A stretch of 64,000 bases of DNA. It comes from an uncultured Gemmatimonadales bacterium. GTDB lineage: Bacteria > Gemmatimonadota > Gemmatimonadetes > Gemmatimonadales > GWC2-71-9. The stretch is taken from positions 370,978-434,977 of the forward strand of contig CAVSQW010000012.1 in NCBI GenBank assembly GCA_963730185.1. The letters are read 5' to 3'. Positions within the stretch are counted from its first letter, which is position 1. Every line of letters starts with the position of its first letter. The notes under the pieces are model-generated. The model was not told the DNA's origin and did no database searches. It saw nothing but the letters and a program-made list of their open reading frames with translations. Both the position numbers and the translations under genes were made by a program. Shown here piece after piece: positions 41,246-50,766 of this stretch.

Positions 41246-41295
41246 GGGTTGACATTCTACCCGAGAGAGGTCACTGTTGGGTAGAATGTCAACCC
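41246..41295 (+). promoter_or_regulatory. Promoter with probable PadR operator (perfect 17-bp inverted repeat)
   Basis: gggttgacattctaccc-N16-gggtagaatgtcaaccc; contains TTGACA (41249-41254), a weak -10 (CACTGT) 17 bp downstream, and the padR ATG (41286). Confidence 0.8.
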
Positions 41296-41645
41296 AAAAG
41301 AGCTCCCGCGAACGCGAGGCCCTGCTCCAGGGCACCCTCGATCTCCTGATCCTTCGAACGCTCCTGCTTGGGCGGGAGCACGGACAGGGCATCGCCCGGG
41401 CCATTCAGACCAACTCGGGCGAGGCCCTGCTCGTGGACCACGGCTCGCTCTACCCGGCCCTCCAGCGGCTCGAAGACCGCGGATGGATCGAGGCCGAATG
41501 GGGGGTCTCGGCCAACAACCGCCGGGCGCGCTTCTATCGGCTGACCCGGGCCGGCCAGAAGCAGGTCCACGTCGAAGCCGGGCGCTGGCATCGCCTGGTG
41601 GAAGCGGTCGGCCGGGTGCTCGGACCCGAGCTGGCGCCGGAGTGA
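41286..41645 (+). CDS. PadR family regulator (acidobacterial TIGR03433-like)
   Basis: [40 protein letters not shown]. Confidence 0.92.
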   Translation: MSTQKSSREREALLQGTLDLLILRTLLLGREHGQGIARAIQTNSGEALLVDHGSLYPALQRLEDRGWIEAEWGVSANNRRARFYRLTRAGQKQVHVEAGRWHRLVEAVGRVLGPELAPE

Positions 41646-41648
41646 CAG

Positions 41649-44276
41649 ATGCGTTGGCGCAAGCGGCGACGCGACGCTGACTTCGCGGAGGAGATCCGGG
41701 CCCACCTGGCGCTCGAGGAGGAGGCGCACCGGGCGCGCGGTCTCTCGTCGACCGAGGCGCGGGTGGCGGCCCGCCGCGCCTTCGGCAACCTGACTGCCGC
41801 GACGGAACGGTTCCACGAGGCTCGCCGCGGCGCTTGGCTCGAGACCGCCTGGCGGTCCATCCGCCAGGCGACCAGGAGCCTGACCCGGGTGCCGGGTGTC
41901 ACCGTCGCCGCCGTGGTGGCGCTGGCCTTTGGGATCGGCGTCAACTCCGCCCTTTTCACGGTGCTCTATTCGATCCTGGTCCGGCCGGTGCCGGGCATCG
42001 ACCCGTCGGGTCTGGTCGGCGTCGGCCGGCGGGTGGCCGAGGCGCCCGGGTACGGCCTCGAGGTGAACGGCCGGGCGTCGATGCTGTCCTACCCCGACTA
42101 CCTGGCCCTCCGCGACGGCACCCGAACGCTCGAGCAGCTGGCCGTCTACCGCCAGGAGCCGCTGACCCTCTCGGCGGGCGAGCGTTCCCGGGCGGTCCAG
42201 GGAGAGCTGGTCAGCTGCAACTACTTCGCGGCCGTGCGGGTCCCGATGTCGGCCGGCCGGGCGTTCGTCCCCGAGGACTGCTCGCAGCCGGGTCAGGGTC
42301 GGGTCGTGGTCCTCGCCAACCAGTATTGGCGGACGGAGTTCGGAGCCGACTCGACGCTCGTCGGGCGCTCGATCGTCCTCGACCGCATTTCGGTCCGGGT
42401 GATCGGCGTCGCCGGGCCGTCCTTCGGCGGCATGGGCTTCGACGAGACCGGCGCGTGGATGCCGGTCACGATGTACCCCGCGCTGCATCCGACCGATCCG
42501 ACCGCCCTGACCCGGGACCTGAGCTGGCTGGCGGCCGTCGGCCGCCTCCGGGAAGGGGCCGCCCCGGCCGGCGCCCAGTCGGAGCTGACCGCGCTCTCGC
42601 GAGCCCAAGACGCGAGGTGGCCGGGACGAACGTCGACCATCACCGTGACCAAGGGCACCCGCCTCACCGATCCGGAGGACCGAGCCGTCGTCACCGGGCT
42701 CGTTGCCGCGATGACGACCCTGGGCGGGCTGGTGCTGCTGATGACCTGCGCCAACGTGATGAGCCTCCTGCTGGGCCGTGCCGCGGCCCGGCGGCGGGAG
42801 ATCGCGATCCGGGTGTCGCTGGGGGCGTCGCGGTCGCGGCTCGTCGGGCAGCTGATGGTGGAGAGCGCGCTGCTGGCGGCGCTGGGGGGCGGCGCCGGTC
42901 TCGTGCTCGCCTACCTTCTTCCGCCGTTGATCCGGGTCGCCCTGCCGACCCAGGCGGCGAACCTGGTCTTCACCCCGAACGGTAGCGTCGTGGCGACCAC
43001 CGCCGTCATCGCGCTGGGCGCGGCGCTCCTCACCGGTCTGATCCCGGCCCTCCAGTCGACCGACCTCCAGCTGACCGGGGCGCTCAAGAACGAGGCGCCT
43101 GCGGGGCCCCGCGGGACCTGGCGCTGGCGGAACCGGGCGGTGGGCGTCCAGGTGGCCGCGAGCGGAATGTTGCTGATCGCCGCCGCCCTGGTGCTTCGCG
43201 GAGTCCAGCGATCGCTCGCGGTCGATCCGGGGTTCCGGATCGAGGGCGTGCATACGCTCACGCTCAACCTTCCACAGGTCGGGTACGACGGCGCTCGCGC
43301 GGCCGCTTTCGTCACCGAGCTCGAGGCGCGGCTCGAGGCGATGCCGGGCGTCGGCTCCGTCGGAGCCGCGATGCTGATCCCCCTTCGGGGCCGGGGCGAG
43401 ACCCAGGCGACGCTGGTCACGGGTGGCGCTGACGCCGCCGGCCGCACCATGCAGACCCTGTTCAATGCGGTGTCGGGCTCCTACTTCGGCACGGTCGGCA
43501 TCCGGCTGGTTCGAGGCCGCGCCTTCGACGATCACGAGGCGGCCGACGACCCGATGCCGGCGGTGGTCAGCTCGGCGTTCGCCCGGGCGGCGTGGGGCGC
43601 CGGCGACCCGATCGGGCGGCGGATCACCTCCGACGGCCGGCAGCTGGTCGTCGTGGGCGTGGCCGCCGACGTCCAGACCATCACGCTGGGCGTCCCGGAC
43701 GGACCCTACCTCTACCGGCCGATCCGGCCCGACGATCTCCTCGGCAAGCGACTGGTCGTCCGGGCCGACATCCCCACGGCCGCCTTACGCGAGCACGCCG
43801 AGCGGATCGTCCACGCTCTCGACCCGGCGGTGCTGGCCGAGGTGCGAAGCTTCGGCGAGGAACAGACCCGGGCGATCGCGCCGATCAGACTGGCCGGACT
43901 CTTCACCACCGGACTCGGCCTGATCGCGCTGCTGCTCGCCGCGATCGGGGTATCCGGCGTGGTCGCCTTCGCCGTGTCGCAACGGCAGCGGGAGATCGGC
44001 GTCCGGATGGCGCTCGGGGCGACCCGGCGGAGCGTGCAGGGACTCGTGTTCCGGCAGGGCGTTCGACCCGTCGCGATCGGCCTGGTGGTCGGAGTGGTGC
44101 TGGCCCTCGCCGTATCACGCGCGCTCCGCCATGTGCTGACGGCGCTCGGCGCCTTGGACGCGGCGATGATCGGCCTGGTCGTGCTCCTCCTCTTCGCGGT
44201 GGCCGGCCTGGCCGTCGCGGTCCCCGCGGCGCGGGCCGCGCGGGTGGACCCGACCACGACGCTCCGGGCGGACTGA
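41649..44276 (+). CDS. ADOP-type duplicated MacB/FtsX ABC permease
   Basis: EEIRAHL...A.RAFGN N-terminus, CANV, RRREIAIRVSLGA, QRQREIGVRMALGA, RAARVDP..LR. Confidence 0.9.
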   Translation: MRWRKRRRDADFAEEIRAHLALEEEAHRARGLSSTEARVAARRAFGNLTAATERFHEARRGAWLETAWRSIRQATRSLTRVPGVTVAAVVALAFGIGVNSALFTVLYSILVRPVPGIDPSGLVGVGRRVAEAPGYGLEVNGRASMLSYPDYLALRDGTRTLEQLAVYRQEPLTLSAGERSRAVQGELVSCNYFAAVRVPMSAGRAFVPEDCSQPGQGRVVVLANQYWRTEFGADSTLVGRSIVLDRISVRVIGVAGPSFGGMGFDETGAWMPVTMYPALHPTDPTALTRDLSWLAAVGRLREGAAPAGAQSELTALSRAQDARWPGRTSTITVTKGTRLTDPEDRAVVTGLVAAMTTLGGLVLLMTCANVMSLLLGRAAARRREIAIRVSLGASRSRLVGQLMVESALLAALGGGAGLVLAYLLPPLIRVALPTQAANLVFTPNGSVVATTAVIALGAALLTGLIPALQSTDLQLTGALKNEAPAGPRGTWRWRNRAVGVQVAASGMLLIAAALVLRGVQRSLAVDPGFRIEGVHTLTLNLPQVGYDGARAAAFVTELEARLEAMPGVGSVGAAMLIPLRGRGETQATLVTGGADAAGRTMQTLFNAVSGSYFGTVGIRLVRGRAFDDHEAADDPMPAVVSSAFARAAWGAGDPIGRRITSDGRQLVVVGVAADVQTITLGVPDGPYLYRPIRPDDLLGKRLVVRADIPTAALREHAERIVHALDPAVLAEVRSFGEEQTRAIAPIRLAGLFTTGLGLIALLLAAIGVSGVVAFAVSQRQREIGVRMALGATRRSVQGLVFRQGVRPVAIGLVVGVVLALAVSRALRHVLTALGALDAAMIGLVVLLLFAVAGLAVAVPAARAARVDPTTTLRAD

Positions 44277-44294
44277 CCGGGCCGGCCGGACCGC

Positions 44295-46757
44295 CTAACC
44301 CTCCCTGAGGACGATCGCCGGGTCGATCCGGGCCGCGCGCCGGGCCGGCAGCCAGCCCGCCGCCGCGCCGACGGCCGCTAAGACGAGGGCGGCGACCACC
44401 GTCGTCGTCAGGTCGCCGGGGGCGAGGCCGTAGAGGAGCGACGCGACGAGTCGGGACAGCCACCAGCTGACCCCGACCCCGATCGCGACGCCAAGCCCCA
44501 CCTGCACCGCCACCCGCCGGAGCACGAACCGGAGCACCCCGCCCGGCGCCGCGCCCAGCGCCATCCGGATCCCGATCTCGGCCTTCCGGCGATTGACCGA
44601 GTACGAGGTCACGCCGTAGAGGCCGAGGCCGGCCAGCAGGAGCGCCAGCCCGCCGAAGAAGGCCGAGAGCATCGCCACGACCCGCTCCTGGGTGAGCGAG
44701 TCGGCGATCTGATCGGTCAGCACCTTGAAGCTCAGATTGAGATCGGGATCGATGCCCACCACGACACCGGTCAGCGGGCGGGCCAGCAGGGCGGGCGAGC
44801 CGCCTTTGGCGCGGACGCTGAGGGCGACGTATGGTCCGATGTCGTCCTGGGTCAGAGGCAGGTACATGGTCGGTGGAATCGGGCTCCGGACCGAGTTGTA
44901 GACCGCGTCCTTCACCACGCCCACGATCTCCATGATCTTCGGTGCCTCGCCCGGACGGAATTCGCGCCGAACGGTTCGGCCCAGCGGGTTAGCGTTGCCC
45001 AGGAACTTCTTGACGAACGCCTCGTTGACCACTACCGCGCGCCGGCCGCCGGCCACGTCCCTCCGGCTCAGGTCCCGACCGGCCAGCACCGGCGTGCCCA
45101 AGGTCTCGAACCATCCTGGCGAGATCACGTTCATATAGGCGACCCGCTCTTCCTCGGGCCGCTCGATCCCACCCGGCACCTCGATCCGCTCGTTCCAGGT
45201 GGTGCCGCTCACGGGGGTCACGGCCGAGAGGGCGGCGCTCGACACCCCAGGCAGCGCGGCCGCGGCGTCCCGGAGCTGCTGGTAGAGCTCTACCCGCCGG
45301 TCGGCCGGGACCTGGCTCCGCTCGGCGCCGATGTTCGCCACCAGCACGCCGTCCTGCCGGAAGCCGAGATCCAGATCGGCGAGACCAGCGAAAGTGCGAA
45401 CGAAGAGCCCGGCGCCGATCACCAGGATGAGCGAGAGCGCGACCTGGGCCACGACCAGGCCGCCGGCGAGCCGCCCGCGTCCCTCGCCCGCGCTCCCCCG
45501 TCCCTGGTCCTTGATCGCCTCGATCGGCTGCGCGCCGGCGGCGCGGAGGGCGGGCGCGGTCCCGAAGAGGAGCGCCGTGCCGACCGCGATCGCCGCCGTG
45601 AAGCCGAGCAGCTGCCAGTCGAACCCCACCGCGAGAAAGACGGTGCTGTTGCCGGTCGCGAGCGCCTGGATCAGGAGCCGACTGCCCCAGAGGGCCAGGA
45701 GCGCTCCGAGCGCGCCGCCCGCCAGCGACAGGAGAACGCTCTCGGCCAGGAGCTGTCGGGTCAGCCGCCAGCGCGAGGCGCCGAGGGCCTGGCGGAGACT
45801 CATTTCGTGGCGGCGAGCCGTGGCCCGCGCCAGCAGCAGATTGGCGATGTTCCCGCAGGCGATCAGCAGCACCAGGGCGACGACGACCATGATCGCGGTG
45901 AGGGGGCAGCGGTAGCGATCGCGGAGGAACGAGGTGCCGGCGGCCGCGGAGTGGACCACCAGCGGATCCGTGAGGTATTGGGCCAGGTCCTGCGGGCGCC
46001 AGTGGTCGGGGAGGGTGGCCTCGCGAATCTGCGGTTGGACCGCGGCCAACGCGGACTGGGCCTGCGCCACGGTCTGTCCCGCCTTGAGCCGGACCATGAT
46101 CCGGAGCCACCAGGTGGACCGCCGGTCGAGCGAGCTGGCGTCGCCCCGGATGAGCGGCTCGGTGCCGATCGGGATCGCCACGTCGAAGCGCCGCCCGACT
46201 TCGGGCCCGAAGAACTCGGGCGGGGTGACGCCCACGATGGTAAAGGCCACCCGGTTCAGGGTGAGGGACCGGCCGATCACGTCGGCGGCGCCGCCGAACC
46301 GGCTCTGCCAGTACGGATACGAGATGACCGCGACCGCCCCCTCGGGTCCGCCCCCCCGCCGGTCGTCCGCGGGTCCGAAGGTCCGGCCCAGCGCCGCGGG
46401 CACCCGGAGCAGGTCGAAGAACCGCCCGCTCGCCCAGATCCCGTTGACGTAGTCGGCCTGACCCGAGCGGGCCAGGTTGAACCGGGTGAACGACCAGGCG
46501 AACGCTCCGCCGAACAGATCGGGGCGGTCGCGAATCTGCTCCCAGATGGGGTTGGTCCAGGTGGTGGAGCCCTCGCCGGTATCGATCAGGGCCAGGCGGT
46601 CGGCCTCGGGAACCGGCAGCGACCGGAGCAGGAGCCGGTCGACGATCGAGAACATCGCGGTGTTGGCGCCGATGCCGAGCGCCAGAGAGAGCACGGCCAC
46701 GAGGGTAACGAGGGGGGTAGCCCGGAGGGCGCGGAGGGCGTCGCGGAGGTCCTGCAT
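44295..46757 (-). CDS. ADOP-type duplicated MacB/FtsX ABC permease
   Basis: MQDLRDALRALR.TP, LALGIGANTAMFS, IACGNIANLLLAR, EIGIRMALGA, RAARIDP. Confidence 0.92.
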   Translation of the reverse strand: MQDLRDALRALRATPLVTLVAVLSLALGIGANTAMFSIVDRLLLRSLPVPEADRLALIDTGEGSTTWTNPIWEQIRDRPDLFGGAFAWSFTRFNLARSGQADYVNGIWASGRFFDLLRVPAALGRTFGPADDRRGGGPEGAVAVISYPYWQSRFGGAADVIGRSLTLNRVAFTIVGVTPPEFFGPEVGRRFDVAIPIGTEPLIRGDASSLDRRSTWWLRIMVRLKAGQTVAQAQSALAAVQPQIREATLPDHWRPQDLAQYLTDPLVVHSAAAGTSFLRDRYRCPLTAIMVVVALVLLIACGNIANLLLARATARRHEMSLRQALGASRWRLTRQLLAESVLLSLAGGALGALLALWGSRLLIQALATGNSTVFLAVGFDWQLLGFTAAIAVGTALLFGTAPALRAAGAQPIEAIKDQGRGSAGEGRGRLAGGLVVAQVALSLILVIGAGLFVRTFAGLADLDLGFRQDGVLVANIGAERSQVPADRRVELYQQLRDAAAALPGVSSAALSAVTPVSGTTWNERIEVPGGIERPEEERVAYMNVISPGWFETLGTPVLAGRDLSRRDVAGGRRAVVVNEAFVKKFLGNANPLGRTVRREFRPGEAPKIMEIVGVVKDAVYNSVRSPIPPTMYLPLTQDDIGPYVALSVRAKGGSPALLARPLTGVVVGIDPDLNLSFKVLTDQIADSLTQERVVAMLSAFFGGLALLLAGLGLYGVTSYSVNRRKAEIGIRMALGAAPGGVLRFVLRRVAVQVGLGVAIGVGVSWWLSRLVASLLYGLAPGDLTTTVVAALVLAAVGAAAGWLPARRAARIDPAIVLREG

Positions 46758-46843
46758 GGGGCCTCGAAGGCGGGGATCGGTAGTTCGACGCCCGGCCCGC
46801 CGGATTGGTTGCCTCGGCATCGGGAGCGCGATCGCGCCCCGAC

Positions 46844-48717
46844 TCAAGGCGAGATCGGCCGCGCGAGTCGAACAGCGTGGAACAGGTCGCCGTTGCCGGG
46901 GTGAAGATAGTCGAACCGCTCGCCGGTGAAGGCGACCACCGCGGCCGGGAGATCCCCGTCGACCACCAGCCAACGCACGCCCGCGTCGATCAAACGCTCG
47001 AGATCTTCCTTGTCGGGGTCCCGGCGCACGCTGGCCTCGCCATAAGGATCCCGGTAGTCGGCGCTCGCCGGGACGACGAGGATGTCCCGCTGGCCGACCG
47101 GCAGGGCGAGCACTCCACCCAGCAACGTCCCGTAGTCGGTGGCCCATCGGGTCCGGGCGATCCGCGGCTCGGCCAGCAGCGCGGCGAATCCCGGATTGTC
47201 CCGCATTCCCGGAAAATGAAGATCGAGGGCCGATCGATAGACGGGTGATGCGATGGGAGTGCGCTTCCACTCCTCTCCCAGCACCCGGCGGGTGTCACCG
47301 ACCCCCAACCCGATCACGAGGACTCCGAGAACGAGAGTCAGTCCGTGAGCCCGGCGGGTTGCCCAGCGGCTGGCGGCGTGATGGAGGACCGCACCCAGGG
47401 CCGGCAAGCCCAGCGCGATGAGCCAGATCGTCAGCCTCGATCGCCAGGGAATCGGCGAGAGCGCGAGGAGGAGGCCGACCGTCCCGGTGAGAAAGGCAAG
47501 CTCCCGCCGGGGGACGACCTGTCGGCGCCAGGCCAGCCACCAGGCGTAGCCGATCGCGGGGAGCCCACCCATCACCCAAAGCCGTCCCAGCCCCGCAGCG
47601 GAGAACATGTACTCGGCCGAGGGCGCGTCACTCCGCCACCACGCCAACCAGGGCCGGGCCCAGGCCGGCGACGATCGCATCCAAGCCGGCACTCCCAGCT
47701 CGCCGAAGTACGAGTAGTCCCAGCCCGGCAGGATCACTCGGCTACCGAGGGACACCCGGAACGGGTGGAGCGGATTCCCGGTGACCACGAGGTTCCGGAG
47801 GTACCAGTAGCCGCCGACCAGCACGGCGATGCCGGCCGCCAGCAGCAGGGGTCCGCCCCAGGTCCGCCATCGTCGCCACCCCACTCCCTGCGCCCGCCAC
47901 CCGACCGCGATCAGGCCGATCGCACCGGCGTACGGGAGACCGGTAACCTTGGCGCCCAGCGTCAGTCCCAGCGTCAAGCCGAACAGCACGGCGACCGACC
48001 AAGGCCGGGTTTGGGTCGGGCTCCCGAACCAGCAGCCGGCCGCGATCGCCGCCATCACCGCGCCTGCCAGGCCGGGGTCGAGATAGGCCGTTGCGCTCAG
48101 GCCGAGCCACACCGGACAGGTCGCCACCAGGGAACCCGCGACCCACGGCCACGGTCCCCGGGCGCCGAGGCGACCGGTGAGGGCCGCTACGGCGGCGATC
48201 GCGAGCGGCCAGAACCAGAGGTTCCCGGCGTCCACCAGGCGATCGATACCGAGCAGCCGATGGACGAAGAAGCTGGTGGCCTCGACCGCCATCGGGGTGT
48301 TGACGAAGGGCACGTCGGGGAGGGCGTCGATGAAGGCTACGCCGCCCCGCCGGGACCAGGCATGGATGGCCGGGACGTGGTACCAGAGACCATCCCATCC
48401 GATCGGATCGCGGGTCCAGGCGACGCCGAGGGCTGCGCCCAGGTCCAGACGGCAAACCCCACGGCGGCGAGGGCCAAGCCCACCGAGAGCACCCGACGGA
48501 GCCACCCCGACGGCTGGGACGGGGCCACGCCAACGGCCGGGGCCCGGCCAATTCGCCATCCGAACAGCGCCGCCCCGACAACGGCCACCCAGATCGTCTG
48601 GGCGGCGATCGGCGAGGTGAGAGGCAAACCCAGGATTCCCAGTGAGACGGTCAGGACCTGAATCGCCGCGAGCAGGGCCGCCCACGCCGCGAGCGCGGCG
48701 AAGGCCATTCCGTTCAT
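46844..48717 (-). CDS. Polytopic membrane protein, GT-C glycosyltransferase-like, frameshift near 48435
   Basis: N-terminal TMs in the 48337..49587 frame (MNGMAFAAL...), continuing in the 46844 frame with WDGLWYHVP, AYLD, GAK.TG, WYLRNL..TGNP. Confidence 0.65.
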
Positions 48718-49523
48718 CGGACGAAGGCCCAGCGATCGTCGGGCCGGACGAAGAGTCGGACCGCCCGGAATTCGGCCGTCCCGTTCTTGACGGCCACGTG
48801 CGGCTCGACGAAGACCGCGGGCGGGAGCACGCGCGGATCGGCGTCGACGCTGTCCATCCAGCCCCGGAGCCGCGGAGGCAGGGGGTCCGCGCGCGAGTCG
48901 AACACCGGGGTCCCGTCCACCTCGGCCCGGATCTGGCCATCGGCCGAGATGAACGTCATCCGGTACCACCGCCCATACTCGAGCGTGAACGGCAAGGGCC
49001 AACTGCCCAGGATGTAATCGACCCCGTCGGCCCGATAGCGGAGGATCGTCGATCGACGCCCGGCCACCAGCGCCAGCCCGGTCTCGGCCATGACCGCGTG
49101 GCTCTCGCGAATCAGGAGCTGCACTTCGGCCGATCGGTCGAGGGCACCGGCAAGGAGCCGCACCTCGGTCTCCATGACGAAGTCGCCGCCGTGCCGGAAC
49201 GGCGCGCAGGGCCGATCGGAATTGCCGATACCGTCGAAAATGGCCGTCGGCTCGGCCGAGCCGCCCCGGGAAGGCTGGCAGAAGAAGTAGACCGCGAAGG
49301 AATCGGCCGGGGCGGACCCGGTCAACCCGCTTCCGTCGCGGGTCCAGGCGCCCCAGCCCCAGCCGGCCGGACACCAGCCGGCGGTCAAGTCGCAGTCGAG
49401 CGTCCCCAGCCATGGGGTTCCGGCGATCTCTCGGGTGGGATAGCGCCGGTGGACGTAGACCGCGCCGGCGAGGAGGAGAATCAGGGTCAGGCTCACGAGG
49501 CTGGTTCGCCGGAGGCTCGTCAT
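48714..49523 (-). CDS. Hypothetical membrane-anchored protein, possible ConA/LamG-like beta sandwich
   Basis: N-terminal TM; GDFVME.EVR, GRWYRM, I.AEVDG.PV; ATGA overlaps at both ends. Confidence 0.55.
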   Translation of the reverse strand: MTSLRRTSLVSLTLILLLAGAVYVHRRYPTREIAGTPWLGTLDCDLTAGWCPAGWGWGAWTRDGSGLTGSAPADSFAVYFFCQPSRGGSAEPTAIFDGIGNSDRPCAPFRHGGDFVMETEVRLLAGALDRSAEVQLLIRESHAVMAETGLALVAGRRSTILRYRADGVDYILGSWPLPFTLEYGRWYRMTFISADGQIRAEVDGTPVFDSRADPLPPRLRGWMDSVDADPRVLPPAVFVEPHVAVKNGTAEFRAVRLFVRPDDRWAFVR

Positions 49524-49868
49524 GGTCGGGCTCCCAGGGTCGCGTCCCGATGGTTCGCCCCGCCGAGGGCCACGACGACAAAGTCATGGTCGCCGTAACG
49601 ATCGTAGCGATAGGTGGCGGTGGCGCACTCGAGCAGGGAGCCGGGAGGCTGGGCCCCGTCTTCGACCTCCCAGAACACCCAGCGAATACCCTCGGCCTCG
49701 AGTCGATGGAGTCGGTCTGGATCCGGCTCGGGGGGCAGGACGACGATCTTCCGGTTCAGGGGCAAGGCCAGAATCCCGGTCGCAAGGGTACCCTCGGTCG
49801 AGATCCAGGGACCTCGGGCCACCCGGTCGGCGGTGAACATCTCCCGGAATCCGGGGGCCTGACGGAGT
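49520..49868 (-). CDS. C-terminal fragment of a second GT-C-like paralog, truncated at the junction
   Basis: PGFREMFTADRVARGPWISTEGTLATGILALPLNRKIVVLP aligns with PGFAALLAEPRIARTRWATDYGTLLGGVLALPVGQRDILVVP of 46844-48717. Confidence 0.75.
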
Positions 49869-49880
49869 CTATAAGGATCT
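49860..49880. other. Abrupt high-GC / low-GC junction (probable chimera)
   Basis: Composition and codon usage switch within about 20 bp, inside ORF 49520..50659. Confidence 0.9.
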
Positions 49881-50647
49881 GCAAAGGGGTCGTTTTGAAT
49901 ACTTGGCTGCCAGGTATAATACATATAAGCGTCGCCGGTGGCGGTATCATTTACTTCGGAACCTTGACTTCCGCCAATATTAAATCCAATTACCGATTGA
50001 GAAGAAATACCTGGATTATAAATTGCCATTTCAATATTCCACACACCGGTAGCTTTGTCAATAGTAATACCCCACTTTGCATAATCAGCTGCATCAAAAA
50101 CCATGACAGTATCCGACATGTCGGAACATTTCAAATATTCATCGGGCAAATAAGTTGGTGCGCCATTATTTAAAGTAACTTGATCGCCTAAAATTAAATA
50201 ATGGTAAGGACCTTCAGGGGCTGCATAAACATTGCCATCATACCAGCCTTGCATGTTTCTTCCAAGACGGCTAGAAAGGCTTACAAATAATTGATCACCA
50301 AGCCACTGACCAGCCCAATATAACCCTGATGAATCATTTACTACTTCATCAATGTGAATAAATGCATAAAGAGTATCACGGCTCCATAATAAGCGGGCAT
50401 AATATTCATCATATTCAGGTTCAGTTACACCGTCACGATCATAATACAATGAGAAAATATTATATTCAGTACTTGTAACGAGATTAACTTCAGCCGCACT
50501 TCCCCAAGCAGCTTCATCCATAACGCCGTCAATTTTGATTGCGCCCGAATCAGCCATGGGAACATTAAGTTCTTTTCTGTCTTGTGCAAATAGAAATGCA
50601 CTAGTGCTAAGAATTAGTAAAAGAGTGAGCAGGTAATTCTTTTTCAT
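49870..50647 (-). CDS. N-terminal part of secreted CBM9/DOMON-like sugar-binding protein, truncated at the junction
   Basis: GGAGG RBS; signal peptide MKKNYLLTLLL...; IKIDGVMDEAAW, RLLWS.D.LY, WNIEMAI, IGFNIG. Confidence 0.7.
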
Positions 50648-50766
50648 ACTTACCTCCATAGTTAAAAATTTCTTGTTTACGATTATAGTTACAGAAACTC
50701 ATATAAAATCTTTTTATTAAATCCTCCTTTCATTTAGATTTTTTTAGTTGTTTTATTATTATTTAT

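Noticed and set aside
37745..41404. Apparent 1219-aa PhoD-CLC fusion
   Set aside because: Caused by a frameshift near 40070. The true PhoD C-terminus (MDSWNGY...TGDVH) is in another frame and stops at 39634, and the linker in the fused frame is non-protein-like.
49520..50659. Novel CBM9-like fusion protein
   Set aside because: Spans the compositional junction; the two halves are truncated genes of different origin.
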